A stretch of 63,850 bases of DNA, the filler included, from Phoronis australis (lineage: Eukaryota > Animalia > Phoronida), in NCBI GenBank assembly GCA_002633005.1. It is 5 parts of 5 records of this genome, joined end to end, with 100 filler letters (N's around TTAATTAATTAA, not from the genome) between each part and the next. Parts side by side here need not be neighbours in the genome. Positions count along the whole stretch, not along the records: positions 1 to 19,115 come from NMRA01001452.1; 4 more parts are not named here. One strand, given 5' to 3'. The notes below the pieces were generated by a model, which saw only the letters and a list, made by a program, of their open reading frames with translations, did no database searches and was not told the DNA's origin. Both the position numbers and the translations under genes were made by a program. Each line of letters starts with the position of its first letter. The stretch's first letter is position 1. Below are positions 1-14,430 of this stretch, in pieces.

Positions 1-199
1 CGGCGGCGTTGTTTCCCATTCAGTTAACTGTCTTCGGGAAAAATTGGGTTAACATTAACCTTGTTATTTACCCCATGGCTATATTTTATCGCTTTTACAT
101 AGCCACTTTATTTTTCAAGCTTATATGGTAAATGTATCAACATTGCAATCTACAATCACAGCATAATCCGAATTTTTATCAGATTGGTTTGAAGAAACA

Positions 200-700
200 A
201 TGAAATGTTTTTCCCGAACCCAGAGACCACTTCTAAATCGTGGGAGTAACAATATAAGACCAATTTTTATAGTGGTTGGTACGTGACCTAAATCAATATT
301 AGTCTTCTGACATAATGAACGGGTTTGATGCCTCTTTAATATATTTTATATCACTCAACGAAATATCAACAGGCTCCTGAATGTGTTTTTCCTTTCCCAA
401 GGTTTTGTAACAATGGCTGAAATCTCATGAGCTTGATCTAAAGAAATAAGAAACACATATTTTTTCCTGAGCCCAGAAACCACTTCTAAATCGAGTGTGA
501 AGTAACACGGCTAGACTGAACTTTACCACAGTAGATGTGACCTAAGTTAAGATTCGACTTCTGAAAGGTTTGATGCCTATATGATATGTTCTATATCACT
601 TAACGAAATATCAACGTGCTCCTGAAAGTTCAGATTGATATAACCTTTTAATTTTCCCAAAAAATCCAAAGTTTTGTAACAATGGTTGGAATCAGTCGAG
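200..700 (+). repeat. Diverged tandem duplication of ~250 bp
   Basis: cccagagaccacttctaaatcg...acgaaatatcaacaggctcctgaa (~218-380) recurs as cccagaaaccacttctaaatcg...acgaaatatcaacgtgctcctgaa (~472-626). Confidence 0.75.
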
Positions 701-2019
701 TTTTTGGAAATGTTAAAATATCCTTCGTCTTTAAAAGATTTTCTTCTGATGATTGATCGTAGTTTGTCGAGATGCTTGTGTAGTCGTGAAGGGAATGACG
801 TTGAAGTAAGCAGACGTACAGGTATCTTTTGCGATCGTTCTGCTTTTTTATGGTAACGTGTAACGCGAGTTCTACGACAAGTAGTAGTGTATGTTAGTTT
901 ATTTGGGCCAGATTAAAGTTTACCATTGCACAAATTGATTGAGACTTAGGAAATGAGAAAAGTGTTGAGTTCACTTTATAGTCAAATGAAAATTGTTGCT
1001 GTAACACCAGAATGTATGAAACTCTTCTCGGCCATTTGTCCACATCATACAATATCATTTGTTTGTTGTAACCTCTTTACTAGAGCAGGACTGCTGGAGA
1101 CTGTATTCTAGATTTCCCGTGAAAAGATGAACCAATGATGGGACATCTCGAGTTCATAGTGAGATTTGTTGAAGATGAATGATTCATACAACTAGCACGA
1201 GTTTTAGAAGATGTAGGAATTTGTCAGGATTCCTTAATACAGATTTTTATACACTCAACGTGAGAAATATTTGTGCACAAGTTTTTGACATTGAAGATGA
1301 TTAGTGGAAAAGCACTTTGTTGTGATAAATTACTGAATTTGTCAATTGTGTTTAGAATTTGATTGGTTTCTTCCTCGTAAAGTTACGTGAATAATTAACG
1401 GCATTAAATAAATAATGCTTTACGGTGTAAATTAAATTATGATTGCGTAAACCAGTGGCAGATTTAGGGGGGGGGGGGGCAAGAGGGGCATGCCCAGCCT
1501 CCTATAATTCTACCAGATTTCATTTGGCAGTTCGGGGGTGCGAATCTCTGAGCGGCAAATCCTGGCTAATACCCAGTAACAATTCATTTGCGGCGTAAAT
1601 CCAATGCTTGCCGCGCAAATTAATTTTTTAGCGGTATAAATTAATTATTTATATGGACAAATTAGACATACTAATAGATTTACGTCGTCATAAGATAATT
1701 TAGCCGCAGATGATTGATTAACGTCGTAAATGATTAATTAAGACCGTTAACTTCAATTGGCGTCACAACTAATAAATTTAGGCCGCCAATGGAGTCCGCC
1801 GTTAACAACTAATTTACGGATGTGTTTTAGGCACGCGAGGTTTCCGTTTGGCCAGCGCGAATAGATAGCACGCCTTCGCGAACATTGTTCTTAAGCACCT
1901 GACTTCGACTGCACGTGGACAGAGCAACTATTCATTCTGTTAAATGTAGTCGTGGCTGTTTATATGAAAATAGTTTTCAAAAGCTCCGGATCACCTTGAC
2001 TTCAAAGAAAATAGTAATA

Positions 2020-3041
2020 CGTTATCTGAAGCTTCTGGTAAAGCGTTAGGAAAGATATGCTCAATATTCCGTGATAACAAGAATCTAAGATTCGAAAAGT
2101 TTAAAACATTATTTAATTCGTGTGTGGCACCAATTTTGGATTTCGGGTCATCTGTTTGGGGTTACAAAAATTTTGGTAATGATGAAAATATTCAAAACAG
2201 AGCTTTGCGTTTTTATTTAGGATTAACCGATTTACAGCTACTCATACTGTTATTGGTAACATGGGGTGGGACTCCACCGGAAAATATGCTGCGTGTTTGG
2301 AACAAACTAGCAACCACAGGTGGTGATAGGTTACTGAAGAAGGTATTTCTATGGGGCTACTTTGTTGGTAGAAAGGGTTGGATAGACGGAATCAAAAATT
2401 TGTTTAACATAACTGGCATGCAATCCTGTTTTCAAAATTTGACTACTTGACACATAGTAGACGCTAGAGACAAAGTATACGAATACGCAAAACATGTTTG
2501 GGCTAAGTCTGTTGTAACAAAACCCAAGTTAAGAGCATACATTTTTTTAAACACGAGTTTGTAACTGAGCCGTATGTATAGATTAATTGATCTCGTTCCG
2601 AGCGATCTCTTCTGGCTCAGCTTAGAGCAGGAATTCTCCCATTGCACTTGAAAACTGGTCGTTATGTAAACACTCCTGTAAGTGAAAGACTTTGCTTGTG
2701 TTGTGATTCTGGTTCTGTGGAGGATGAGCTACATTTTGTGTTTGGTTGTTCTCTTTATAACTCACGCTGATCTATTCTGTTTAATAATGTTTCACTTCAA
2801 ATCCCGAACTTTGCAGATTTCAGAAGATTAGATACATTAAACCTGCTATTTCAGTATTTCCCCAGGGAATTTGCCAAATATATCAAGTCTGCTTTTGAAC
2901 TTGGAAACCGACGAGTTGTGTGGTTAAAGTGACGAATAAGCCCAACTGGACTGGGCACTTATCTTTCTTACGAATGTTATACCTATAACTGTTTGATTTA
3001 ATTGTACTTGTCACTATAATAAATAAATACAAATACAAATA
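2020..3041 (+). mobile_element. 5'-truncated, degenerate non-LTR retrotransposon (LINE ORF2 3' end with tail)
   Basis: LFNSCVAPILDFGSSVWG...IQNRALRFYLG, then a C-terminal LPL.L.TGRY...CLCC...VEDELHFVFGC zinc-knuckle motif with frameshifts, and an (AATAA/AATACA)n tail at ~3018-3041. Confidence 0.85.
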
Positions 3042-5348
3042 TAGTTAAAGGTACTAAAGATAAACTTTCTGTTTCGTTTTAGTAACTTCATCAAACTGAT
3101 TCTAAGGTATTTGTAGTTCTGAACTGAACGCCGCGGTAAGAAAGGAATTTGCCGCGGAAATTTTATATCAAATCCGATTTTTTTACGCGGAAATATAATA
3201 AAATGCGCCGATAGAACATTTGAAAAAAGCGGAAATCCACGTTTCCGCGGAAAATTCCAAGCCCTGAGTTCAGTCGAAACTTAAATCCAAATCATGCTCG
3301 TTCAACACAAGTCCAATCTTTTATAACTTAAATGAATTTAATATGAATGTTTTGGTTTAATTTCTATCTTAAGTTATTCACCACAACCTAAAATGGCCGC
3401 CATAGTGAGTGACAGCGGACTCATGCATTGTAGGTAGTCACGGAACTGGGGCGATATGTAATAAGGTTTCCACGGAAACCCCGCTCACTTTAAAAAATAA
3501 GAAATAGGGAAACACAAACAAGGTGAAAAGTGACGAAATGTTTATGTTTTAGTTAAACCTTTCCACTGAAAAAACTTTAAATTGAAGAATCTACCGGAAA
3601 GAGTATCTTTAAACCGCATTGTCCTGAAAAAGTTGCATAATTTCTATCTCGTAAATGAGAAACGTTTCACCCAAATTTATCTTACAAAGAACATTGATGC
3701 CAACAGTTTCTTCTGAAAATTCTAACTTTGACAATCCTGAACTTTTGGTTTGCGCGCTTAAAGTATTGCTCGTTTAAGTTTTGGTGGAGATCGCTGAGCT
3801 AAAATTTGCTACCCACAGTGAGTATATTTTGACCAAAAGGACGTTTTGTAATACCTAGACTAAGGGATGTTCATTCAAACGACATGCGTCGCAAATCTGC
3901 TCCGTTTCGGTATTTTTTTATCACATTTTGGGGCATGAAAACCAGTTTGTCGACCTTGGTGAAAGTCAGTTATTGTATAATATGTCATAGTTACACTCGA
4001 TATTTTTTTTTCACGTCGGATTTAATTCAGTTATCCTTCTCAATTTACAAAACCTTAAAAGCCTCGAACAATGAAAACCTTCCCAAATTCGAAATATCAT
4101 TCTGTCTAGAAAACGTTGGAGCTCATATTGGCGAAACAATTAAAAACAGAGAGACATTGGTGAAAACAAACAGATGCTGAGAAAAATTGATTTACCCTAC
4201 CCACAGAAACATTCCGCCAAACAAACTAATCTTTCGATACCTGTCCCGTGAAAATAACCCGGGTTAATGTCACAGATGCAAAGGAGGCTAGATGTAGTCG
4301 AAAAGAGCCATTCATTAAAACTGAGTAAAAGTGCAATGCGAAAATGATAATGCTGCGAATATATCGATTTTGAATTCAACTGACTACTTCAAATGCACCT
4401 CTTCTCTATTTTCAATACCACACAACCAGATGGCGCTCAGCATTTCTAGTTTTCATTTCTCCTCAAGTTCTCTTCGTTTGGGTATTAAAGACATCAGAAG
4501 TGGTGAACAACCGGGATTAAAATTTTAAATTATTTTTCAACTAAATTTTTTCAAGGAAAATAATTCTAGAAAGTTTAGTATTATTAAAAAAATAATTGCC
4601 GGCCGTCTGATACGCGTTGTACCAGACGTGCGTAGACCGCTAAGTTGGGTCCATTGCACTGATCATCTGAAAACATTTGTATGCTTTATTAAAATATAAA
4701 CAACTCAACAAAAACTTTGGAAATTGTGTTCACTCGTGCGTGTTTTCATTACTTTTGGTTTACTTACATCGTGGCATTCCCCTTCCCAACTATATCGTAT
4801 TTTGTTAATAAAATTTTGATACGCTAGAATGTATTTTTGCTGGCAAAAACGGTTCGAATGTTGCAAATTGTTGCCAAGCAGTGTCACTGCCTGTGATGTG
4901 CTGGTGATTAACACGGGTGTAAATATCAAATTGTGAGACACTGAATTATAGCATGGAGCTCGAGCAGTGCGGAACCTTGACCCACCTCTAAATCAGCCAC
5001 TGAACAGACGAATACTGTATGTAACTTCTTCAGGAAATATAACTTAAAAAACTGCTAAAGAAAAAGTATCTCAACGTTACCTGGCGTATATTGTAAACGA
5101 GTATACAACAACAAGCAAACAATAAAAATATGAAATTATGTCCATTCACGTAAACGTGCTCTCTCCTTAAAGGAGAATGACACCCGAATTAATTAGTCTT
5201 TCTTACCGTCTTAATCGGTCTATGTCCACATCGCCTCTGATACGGTCGACCTCACCTTGCTGAAAGGTGTCGCGTTAACCTGTGAGGAAGGTGAGAAACG
5301 ACGCAGCGACGTCAGTGGTTCCTCTGCAGAGTGAATGACGCTATATTG

Positions 5349-5560
5349 CGGTGCATCGTTCCCGCGTGCAAGAACTATGAAGCTGCAAAGAAAGCGGGTA
5401 TATCGTTTTTTCGACTTCCTTGAGAGCCCGAAATGCTTAGGTAGTGGCTTGCGGTAGTGAAGAATGAAAGGCAAGCTGTTAATAGTAAGTATGAGGCCGT
5501 AAAACATCTCCGTGTCTGTGCCGGGCCGGCATTTCGTCCACAGTGATTTCTCTGACGAAT
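5349..5560 (+). pseudogene. Degenerate THAP zinc-finger domain
   Basis: RCIVPACKN...GISFFRLP*EPEMLR*WLAVV...LRVCAG/RHF: the C2CH signature plus P and W, with two stops and a frameshift. Confidence 0.75.
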
Positions 5561-5729
5561 TCCGGCTTACCAAAGAACTATCCATACGTTCCGTTGCATG
5601 TGCATGTTTAGTCTCTATCAAAAGCACAATACGACAGGGCTTCCGCAGTGTAGTATAGTGTAGGCTACCAGTCTTCTAGGAGCCTCGTGAGTATGAGGTT
5701 TGTTCTTGAGTCTCTCACTGATTTCTATT

Positions 5730-5907
5730 TGGGGTGCAAGTGCTGGGAGAAAACCTTATAAATAGAGATGCAACCTACTGGTCCAAGAACTGCAAGTTAT
5801 GCTCTTGTCACTTCGAGGAGTCCATGCTCACGAATACTCGTGTGAAACACAAGCTGGTATGGAATGCAGGGCCAACACTTGATGTCCGGAATCCACCAAA
5901 AAACTAA
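5730..5907 (+). pseudogene. C-terminal half of a second THAP domain (THAP12/hAT-associated type)
   Basis: CKCW.../YWSKNCKLCSCHFEESML...KLVWNAGPTLDVRNPP* shows CxxHF plus an AVPT-like box. Confidence 0.7.
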
Positions 5908-7842
5908 GATGTCAAAAAGTTCTCCGAAAATTATGTATATTACGGCTCTGGAATAGACTTACTTGCACGTATGATTATTGTCTCACAAAGCAAGTACTGG
6001 GACATCACATGTAGAAAGGACAACTGGTAAAAATCTTGTTTTCGAATTCTTACTAAGGTTGACTTGAAATTCTTACTAAGGTTGATCAGGTAGAAACATG
6101 AGAGGTTAGCCAGTGATTTGGAGAAAGCTAAATTGAAACTGATGGATCTGTCGGAGTCTGAGTGGGGGTTGAATTTTTGATTAACCCAAGCTATCAGAAT
6201 CAGTTTGCTTCTGGTTTAAAAACACCTCCGGTCTGTGAGTAAATTAGTTTTCAGCTTTATTTGAAACGCATTTCTTTGGCGAAAAGAGCTGTTGTTCGCT
6301 AATGAACTAATAGAGAGTGCATGCGCACACCCATCCTAAAATATACAGGGCTCGAATTTTTTGGTATGTGGACTTTTTACTGAAAAAAAACAAGGACTAA
6401 AAAAACGGCGTACTAGTTTCACAACTATGAATTGTGCATTTGTGCCCAATTCTTGTAGATTTTTGTCTCGTTTTCTCGGACTTTTTGTTTCTCTGAGGCA
6501 CACCTTTTTTCCCACTTCACCAAATGGAGGGTTCATTCGAGACCAGATTTTGAGATCTTTTTGTTTTGGTGTAGGCTATGAGTTGCTTATTTTGTACGTT
6601 TTTAGAGATTGTTATTAATTTATGCTCCACTTGTGGCTATGTAACAGATATGATCTTGTGGTCAGACTGTAAATTACATGTACCTGAAATGTATACTGTT
6701 AATGATAAGAGGAACAGTGGGTATATGATAAAATAATTTTGGTCTTGTCACCCAAGTCTATTTAGCTCAGTTTTATATGACGTTGTGTGGGTGGTGAATA
6801 TTTCGATTACTGTTCATTACCTGCTAAATTTTTGTCATGACAGTTTGAACTTTTACAACAGTATGAGTGGTGATAAACTCAATGTTACTGCGTTTTGTAA
6901 GTTGTGAGCTATTCCACAGATTAGCAACTGACTTGTAACTACTTGCGATTATAGTGGGAGAGCGGGAGGTTAAGCTAAACTGGCATGTCACTGCGAAATT
7001 ATGGAGTGTTCTGAAATTATATGTACATGTAGTGATGAATTGCCTTGACGGCAATATAGCGTTCTTATTGTTTTTAGATGTGGCAGAATTGTTATCCTCG
7101 ACAACAGCGTAACAGTGTGGTATTCGAACGACATTGTGAAGTTTTTCTAGGATCCGATACCAAATTTTCCTTGGAAAAAGTTTGAGATTCATGTGAGCGT
7201 TCATGCATATCGGAATGAAACCTGGCGGAGACCCATAAGAATCAAAGAAACCGTGCCAAACGTTAATCAGCAGCGTATGCCAAAAGTGGATACGTCTACA
7301 ACTCCTGGAATTATTCAAAAGCTTGTTGATATTTCTCCCAAAGCTTGTGCGTTGACCGCTAGAAGATAAATGTCGGGAAAACTAAAACTAGTGGAGACAT
7401 TGACCTGTTCGGCTACGAAAATCAAGAAAAACCAAATTTGAAAGACGGACAACAAAAACTTAAAATTAAACTGGAAAATGAGGAAGTTGAGGAACCGAGA
7501 AATTTGCAGGCCCATAGTCACGAATTTCTAGAAAGGTGGACCTTACCCAAAACACAGCTTTAATCATGGGAAAGGAATTTTGTATGCACGTCAACGATGG
7601 CTGTCAGTTCTCCTGAGATAAGAAGGAACTCGCAATACCAGAAAATGATGATACCGTGACAGTTGCTCGCAAAGAACGGGATTTAAATTCGTATGTAATG
7701 TTGTCCATAAATAGAACACTCTGTCGTTACCTCCTGCCGAGGACTGTAGAAGTATATGAGAGTTTACTCCGCCATCTTACCATTCGCCGCAATGTTTATC
7801 GCTCGAAAAACTAGCGCCCCAAGCGGTGAATAAACAACACTA

Positions 7843-9347
7843 AATAGCGGCTTTGCAGCGACGCCATATTAAAATTAGGTTAAAATGGTGCATTTTAATT
7901 GTGGGTCCTGTGGTCCGGATTCCGAAAGCGGCCATAGTAACAAGCATAATACGCGGTATGAGCGCGAAGAAAACTTACGGCGGTTACACTTGTTGTGTTC
8001 CTGGCTGCTTCAAAAGCAACAAGAGAGATAAATATCTGAGTTTTTATGTGTTCCCTGCAAACCAGGAACTTCTTGAAAAATGGATAAAGAACATTGGGAG
8101 AGCTGGGAGTAAGGGGAGATTTAGCGCATTCAAACCAACCTGGGGCCATCTAGGCAACACGTAAACCCCTGGTAGGCCATATAGGGGCTAGAATACTTCC
8201 ATTCGCTTCCTGTACTCATTTCGGTACTTCAGTGTATTTTAAACAAGCCGTGACCTGATTTGGGTTACCGATTTCGAGTTTTCATCTCGTCAAAAATACA
8301 TTCTACACTTAAAACCATCATTTAAAAAAACGTTTACTTTCATCATTTCTTCCTTTCTACTTCTATACATATCTTTGATGAAGCTTAGTTGTGAGAATTA
8401 AGTTGACTTTGGAGAAGAATTCCAACTCCACGTTTTTGGTTGCCGTTAACTTTTTCACCGCATGCGCGAAATCCACAAAGTTCGTCAACTGGGTCACGTG
8501 AGTTAGGCAAAGGTTAGCGCGAGACTGAGCGAAGCGCGTGACACAAGCGCGCGACACTTGTAAAATAGCTTGAGAAGGTATCGGGTGAAATTTGTAAGAT
8601 TTGTGTCCGTCCTTTAGTCTTTTTATTTGTCAACATGCGTACACGTAACTTCCTCAAAAGGGCACCCGGAAAGAGAAACTCGAACAAACTGCGACAGATT
8701 TTCATCGATTTGTTCAAGTTTTGCTGACTAAATTGTATCCATAGTCGTGGTATGTGTTAATTATAACTCCGTGTTCCTATATGTATGGTTCATTTGATTT
8801 TATTTGCTGTATTTTGAAGTTTTTGTGAGGATGTACTAGTTATAGCCCCTGTATGCCTGGGGTATCCAGGGCGATGTAATTGCCTAGGGGCGATCGTGTG
8901 TGCAGCGAACATTTTCCTGGCGGAAAAAAGACGTATGAGAACAACATTCCGACGGAGTTCCCTCTTAAAATTATCGTCTCTAGCAATCCACGGCGAAAGC
9001 TACAAAAGTTAAGCCACCCAGGAACTCTCAACATTTCTGAAACCGGACAGAGGCGGAGATTTCGAAATCAACGCCGATAGCCCCAATACTGAACATGACG
9101 ACAATCGTGCCCTCGGTCACACGGTCACTGATCATACATGTACAAGCTACGCTGTGTTTACAAGCGAGAGAGAGGACTTGATTGGTTTTATAAAGCAAAA
9201 AAATGAAACATGGTTTTTAGTTGGCAAATCACTTCAAATGCACACACTATCCAGCCTGCTCAGGACATGCCTGACCATGAGCCTTCGCACAGGAAGTAAC
9301 TCGCACATGCGCAATGCGTATTTCGTTTGCACTGCAAATCCCCTATT
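7843..9347 (+). mobile_element. THAP-carrying non-autonomous TIR transposon (Harbinger/ISL2EU-like), interrupted by a nested insertion
   Basis: TIRs aatagcggctttgcag (7843-7858) and ctgcaaatcccctatt (9332-9347) match at 14/16. THAP ORF from ATG 7958: CCVPGC...LSFYVFP...EKW...FKPTWGH|RVCSEHFPGGKKTYENNIPT, stop at 9080. Confidence 0.75.
8151..8886. mobile_element. Non-autonomous TIR element with TAGGCAA...TTGCCTA termini and a 9-bp TSD (AcademH- or Mutator-type)
   Basis: Imperfect ~45-bp TIRs. TSD ggggccatc (8142-8150) / ggggcgatc (8887-8895). Removing the element and one TSD copy restores the THAP reading frame. Confidence 0.85.
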
Positions 9348-12304
9348 AGCGTCGCAGTTCGAACAATGTAAACACTGATAAATTCATACTTTAATGACGT
9401 TCGACGTGAAATAAAATTACTCTGTGTGATTAAAAATGTTTGAAATACGTAAACTAATAAAATGAAAATGAGTGTATTAATCATTATTAAAGTGTCTTTG
9501 CTTTTATTCTCTTGAAGCTCATTTTTGTTTCATGTTTGAGCTCTTAACAAGGCAAAATATGGTTACTTATAACATTTCATACCTCCATGGGCTACTTATT
9601 AATGATTGCTCTTTGGGGGTTCAGAGGGGAGTTGCACCCAGGCTCCAGCAAAGGGTACAAGGAAGGAATACTGATTTTAATGCCTGCCTAATTTTCACCT
9701 TCCTTGTAGTACCACCTGTTAAAGACCTGGTCTCACACGTTGTTAACCCTTATTACATGGTTAGAGGATGTTATAAGGATCCAAGAAGTACCTACCCCAT
9801 AACTAATACACAATCCGTACTCGAAAAAAGTTTAAATGAACGCGCCACTCACGAATCGCACCCGAAGAACAACCGCCATTTTGAACTTGCCGCGAACCCG
9901 GAAGTATAATTCATTCAGGAACCCAGGCTGAGAAAAAGCGTGTCAGTGCGACCAGAGCAGTGCCTGCAAACGGGGTTAAAATAATCGACAGCGCGCCTTA
10001 ACTTTAATAAAATCAAAATACGGACAACTTTATCGAATTTGCTGAAGAAATGGGGCGAATAAATTTTGACAGAAATTATTTTGCCAGAATCGGGACCGCA
10101 GCCTATTGGACCCGGTGCGGATCGAGACCAGACACTGGCGAACGGTAAATGCAGCCATGCGGTTGCAAGCTGTTTTGTCGAAGTAAAATGATCAAATCAT
10201 AAATGCCACATATATTCAAAGGTATAGTTTGAGACACTTAGCTAGCCTCAGTGCCACTGAGCTACCAGTGAAGACTATCGTCAAAATACAGCTTGCTACC
10301 CTTAGGCCTAACTGGTCGCTGGCCACAGCGCTCGCTCAAACGAGGTTTATTTAGAACTTGGATACTTCTGGCGAACTGTGCAAAGTTGTTGGCTTTCAAT
10401 AGAGATTTGCCCAGACTTTGTATGAGCACACCAAGCCTAAAAGAATGGGGGGCTGGACTTTTAGGAATGTCTACCTTTTACTATAAGATTCACAGGGTAC
10501 TGTATGTTCAGAGCTATGAATTGCAGACGCTAAATTTTTGTACTTCCTGTCTTCTAGCGGAATATTGTCTCATTTTCTACTTTTTTTCGGAATTCGTGCT
10601 TCTGTGACTGAGGCAGACCTTTTTCCAGTTCTCCAAATAGGGGGCTCGTTCGAGCACATAATTATGACAAGTCCAATACAAAATGTATCATTTTTATTCA
10701 TTAACCCAACATGATTCACACTTTTAACATAATAAGTAACTTAAAATGCACAATACTTTACAACATTTAGCATTGCAAACACTATTCAACAGCAACAGTT
10801 TCCATGATATGAAAGTGGACATACATGTAACCATTACCGTGGCGACGGAATAATGTTTCTTTACACCAGGATTTGACAAGCATGATTAAAAAAAATATGA
10901 AGTTGCAAGGATCAAGAATTAGAGGCTTGAATATTCACAATCCAACATGATCGCTTATTTCTCCAATTAAGATTATTCATATTGTTGACTTGATAACCTG
11001 AATTAAGAATCAATAACTTACAAAACATGACCTGAAAACAATTGAGACTTAAAATTTAGAAAAAATATGAATCATTTTGTGACACCGAATCAAGTCTTGA
11101 ATAGCAGTTTACAGTCAAAACAAAAAACCATTTCAAAATCATTTCAACTATTTTTTTAGCTTAGTGTAAGATCACTTGAATGGGAAATTTACAGTAAAAT
11201 AATTCGAATATATCTTATATTTTTGCACAAAAAACACGAAAATTGAACAAACTTCCTTTTTTGCAGCAACGTTTGTCAAAATGTATCAACCTTAAATCTT
11301 CACAAATTACGAAGTAGCCGATTGAACATGCCTTTCAGTTCAGCAAAAGTCGCCATGTTGTCGGTGCCCCAGAAATGAGACGAAGTCCAACGGGAATTGT
11401 GAGCACATTTATCACTTAATGAGTAACAGATGCGAGGCTGAAATTTGGTGAACACTGTTGAATCGTGCAGAATAGTAAGTAAAGATATGTCTAACTTAAT
11501 TTCACCGTAATTTGTTGGCGAAAACAATTTAAGTCGTAGCTTATCCCGCTGTCCTCCAATATGGCAGACGCGATCCAAACAAAGTGACCCAACTTTCGCC
11601 ACAAAACTTGCAAGAACTTTACACTGCTTGCCCCGATTTTGATACTTTTTCGATTTTTACTGAGTAGATTGCACTACCTTTCCCATGATGGCAAACAACT
11701 TTTTCAAAACGAGAAAAAAAAATCAACACGAACAAAAAATTGGTTCGACCCATATTGGTTCCTAGGTTCGACCGGCCTACGTAAGGAACTAAATACCAAT
11801 GCTAATTTAACATACTAAGTACGCGTGACATTCCAAAAAAATTCAACGACCACTAACTACAAACTATAAATACAACAATACATATGCAAACGAATCACGA
11901 GATATTATAAATAAAACAAAATAATGAAGACTTTTCGAGCAAGCAATAGCACATTCAGTTACAAGGAAAAATGGCGGCGTTCAGGACAAGTTCCTGAACT
12001 GATGAGCCGGAAATGTGGGTACGGAAATAACCGATGACAGCCGGTAATTATACGCTCACAGAGAAGGGTCAAATACTATTAAAAATCGCTTTTGGCAACA
12101 CAGGCGAAAAGAATATAAAGAAAGGGTGTCGAAAATAAGATTTTATGTAGTAAGTATTTTCGGATACATTAATTGTGTATAATAGTGTTCAAATAATAAC
12201 TTGTCATAACATTATGAACTTTAAACAAATGTAAACAGAAAAGGATAAGGGAGACTGCACCAAAGCTGAGCGGATAAGTGGTTTTACAGAAGCGCATTAG
12301 ATTT

Positions 12305-12450
12305 AGCTGGACATTTACACTATGGAACATCTTTCGATTCAAAAAGACTTGTGAATTCGCGTCTGCCAGTTTCTGAGTTTTAATGTGGATACAATCTATG
12401 GGACCTAACACATTCGGAAAACCTGCAATGATCTAATGAAATCAAAATAA
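12305..12450 (-). pseudogene. Harbinger/HARBI1-like DDE transposase remnant
   Basis: IAGFPNVLGPIDCIHIK...FLNRKMFHSVNVQ resembles the DDE_Tnp_4 signature GFP.V.G.IDCTHI...NRK.FHS.NVQ. Confidence 0.85.
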
Positions 12451-13619
12451 AAAATATCATCAACGATGAATGTACAAAACATGAGTCTTAGTAGGCCTAT
12501 ATCAAAATCAGTGAAGGTGAAATGATCACGAGTTAATAGGGCTCTGTGGAACGTAAAGCACGCACATATTTTTTTAAAAATGAACATGATGTTATGATTA
12601 AAAATTGCCACAGCATAACCATACTAGAGCGCTCCTGCTACCCGTGCAACACAAATGATAGGATCAACATGTGACCACTCACTGAAGAAAGTGGAAAATT
12701 GATTGTTTTGAAAAGAACACGTCACATATTTTGTACTCATTGGCTACCTCTGAGTGACAGTCTCTGAGAATTCCGATATTTTACAAGTGTCTCAGCAAAG
12801 GAACAATATACTGGGCGGTGAAGTTTGTCATTTGCTTCCGCCAGCTACTGGGTGCCACCTAGAACTCTGGGGGTTGTTGGAACAGCTAGTACACTGCATG
12901 ATGTCGAATGAAGGTATCGAAGTATTATTATGCATGGAAACCAGTAAGATGGGGTCAGAGCAGCAATGGAGGTGTCATCATTTTGTTATGCCCTGCAAAA
13001 GCTATCTAAGTTGTCATCTATTCTGAAGCCCAAAACAACTTTGACGAGAATTCACAAAAGAAACTGTGACTCCTCTCTCTGTTCTTGTCATTAAAAAATA
13101 CCGATTTTGTAATGTTTAGGTACGAAACATAGTATACCTGTTCTGTGCCACCCATGATTACCGGCTGTTGTGGCTGTGGCTGTGGCTGGGAAAATAACTC
13201 GTCGAGAGAACATTTAGCCAAATAAGGCAAATGCACTAAGTGACATCGTCTCATGGAAGACTAAACTTTCTAAAATGGTTAAAAGGAACACATATTTAAC
13301 GACCTTTTACCACAAATCGACAACAAAACTCACGTTGACGAAGCCATCTGTCCACGTTGTCCGACGAATGCCAAGACTGAGTGCGAGAGAGAGTACATTA
13401 TAGATGAGGGCGAAGCCTCCGGACAGCTTCGCAAGATCGGGCGATCTCGCCTTATGTCCTCGCTGTGTTTGATGTTTTTGGTCTGGGTGTAGAGCGATGG
13501 CGTAGAACTGGTTGGAAGGCGATGGTGTTATTTTTGATGATGAGACGCTAGCTGGATGGCAACAGCGTCGTTGACTTCTTGGATATAGCTTGATGCGCAT
13601 TAGGCTGGCTGGGGACACC

Positions 13620-14430
13620 TTTTGTACTGGTTCTGGGTTGTCTTTATACACTGTACTACTCCGTCGGGACGGTTACCAGTTTAAGCAGGGCCAATACCCT
13701 TGGTGCTCCTGGTAGGCTTATATATGCTTGTCAGTGGCATGGGTTAAGGTTGTCTTTATACTGCCCCGTCGGAACAGTTCACTGTCTAGTCACCAACTGG
13801 AGGATCTGTGAGCCATTCAGATCTGTTTTGTAATTGGTGTTGACGGATGTGACTACTGGATGATTTCTTCTTTCCAAAGTCGAGTCATAATTTGATTATC
13901 ATTACATGTATGCCCACCGCCGGCTTGGTGAGCGTCATAGCCAGCCTGAGGACCTCTAGGTCGTTTGATGGCCCCTTTACTACCTGCGCGTATGACAGCT
14001 GCTTTGCTTTAGTTGCTGCTTTGTAGGCATTCAAGTGACTACAGGACCTACATGTATGGTTCGCTAGGTGTAGGCCACCGCAGCTAGCACGCGTCGGAGC
14101 TTTCTGAAGCCATCGCAGTCTCAGGATTTGTGGTTATTACCACAGTCGATTGCAATTTTCAACCTCAGACTTGCAGTTCGAGCTGTAGTGGCCGTATCCT
14201 CGGCACTTAAAGTATTGTAACACTGTCTTTGTCTTTTATAGTTTGGCCGAACTCCATTCTCGGAGAATCACAATTAAGAAATGATCCATATTATCTGACA
14301 ACTCAGAAAACCGGGACTTGGTTATCCTTGCGTCATCTCCCGTTGAAAATGTTACAAAATAGCCGGCGCTCTTGATCAGCGCACAGCAAACGTGAAGGAT
14401 TGCACGTCTGACCGAGGATTTGCCGAACAT
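13620..14430 (-). mobile_element. Decayed gag-like ORF1 of an I/Jockey-type LINE
   Basis: The minus strand of ~14040-14230 gives Q(Y)FKCRGYGHYSSNC..., DCGNNH..DC and CASCGGLHLA: three CCHC knuckles broken by frameshifts and stops. Confidence 0.7.
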
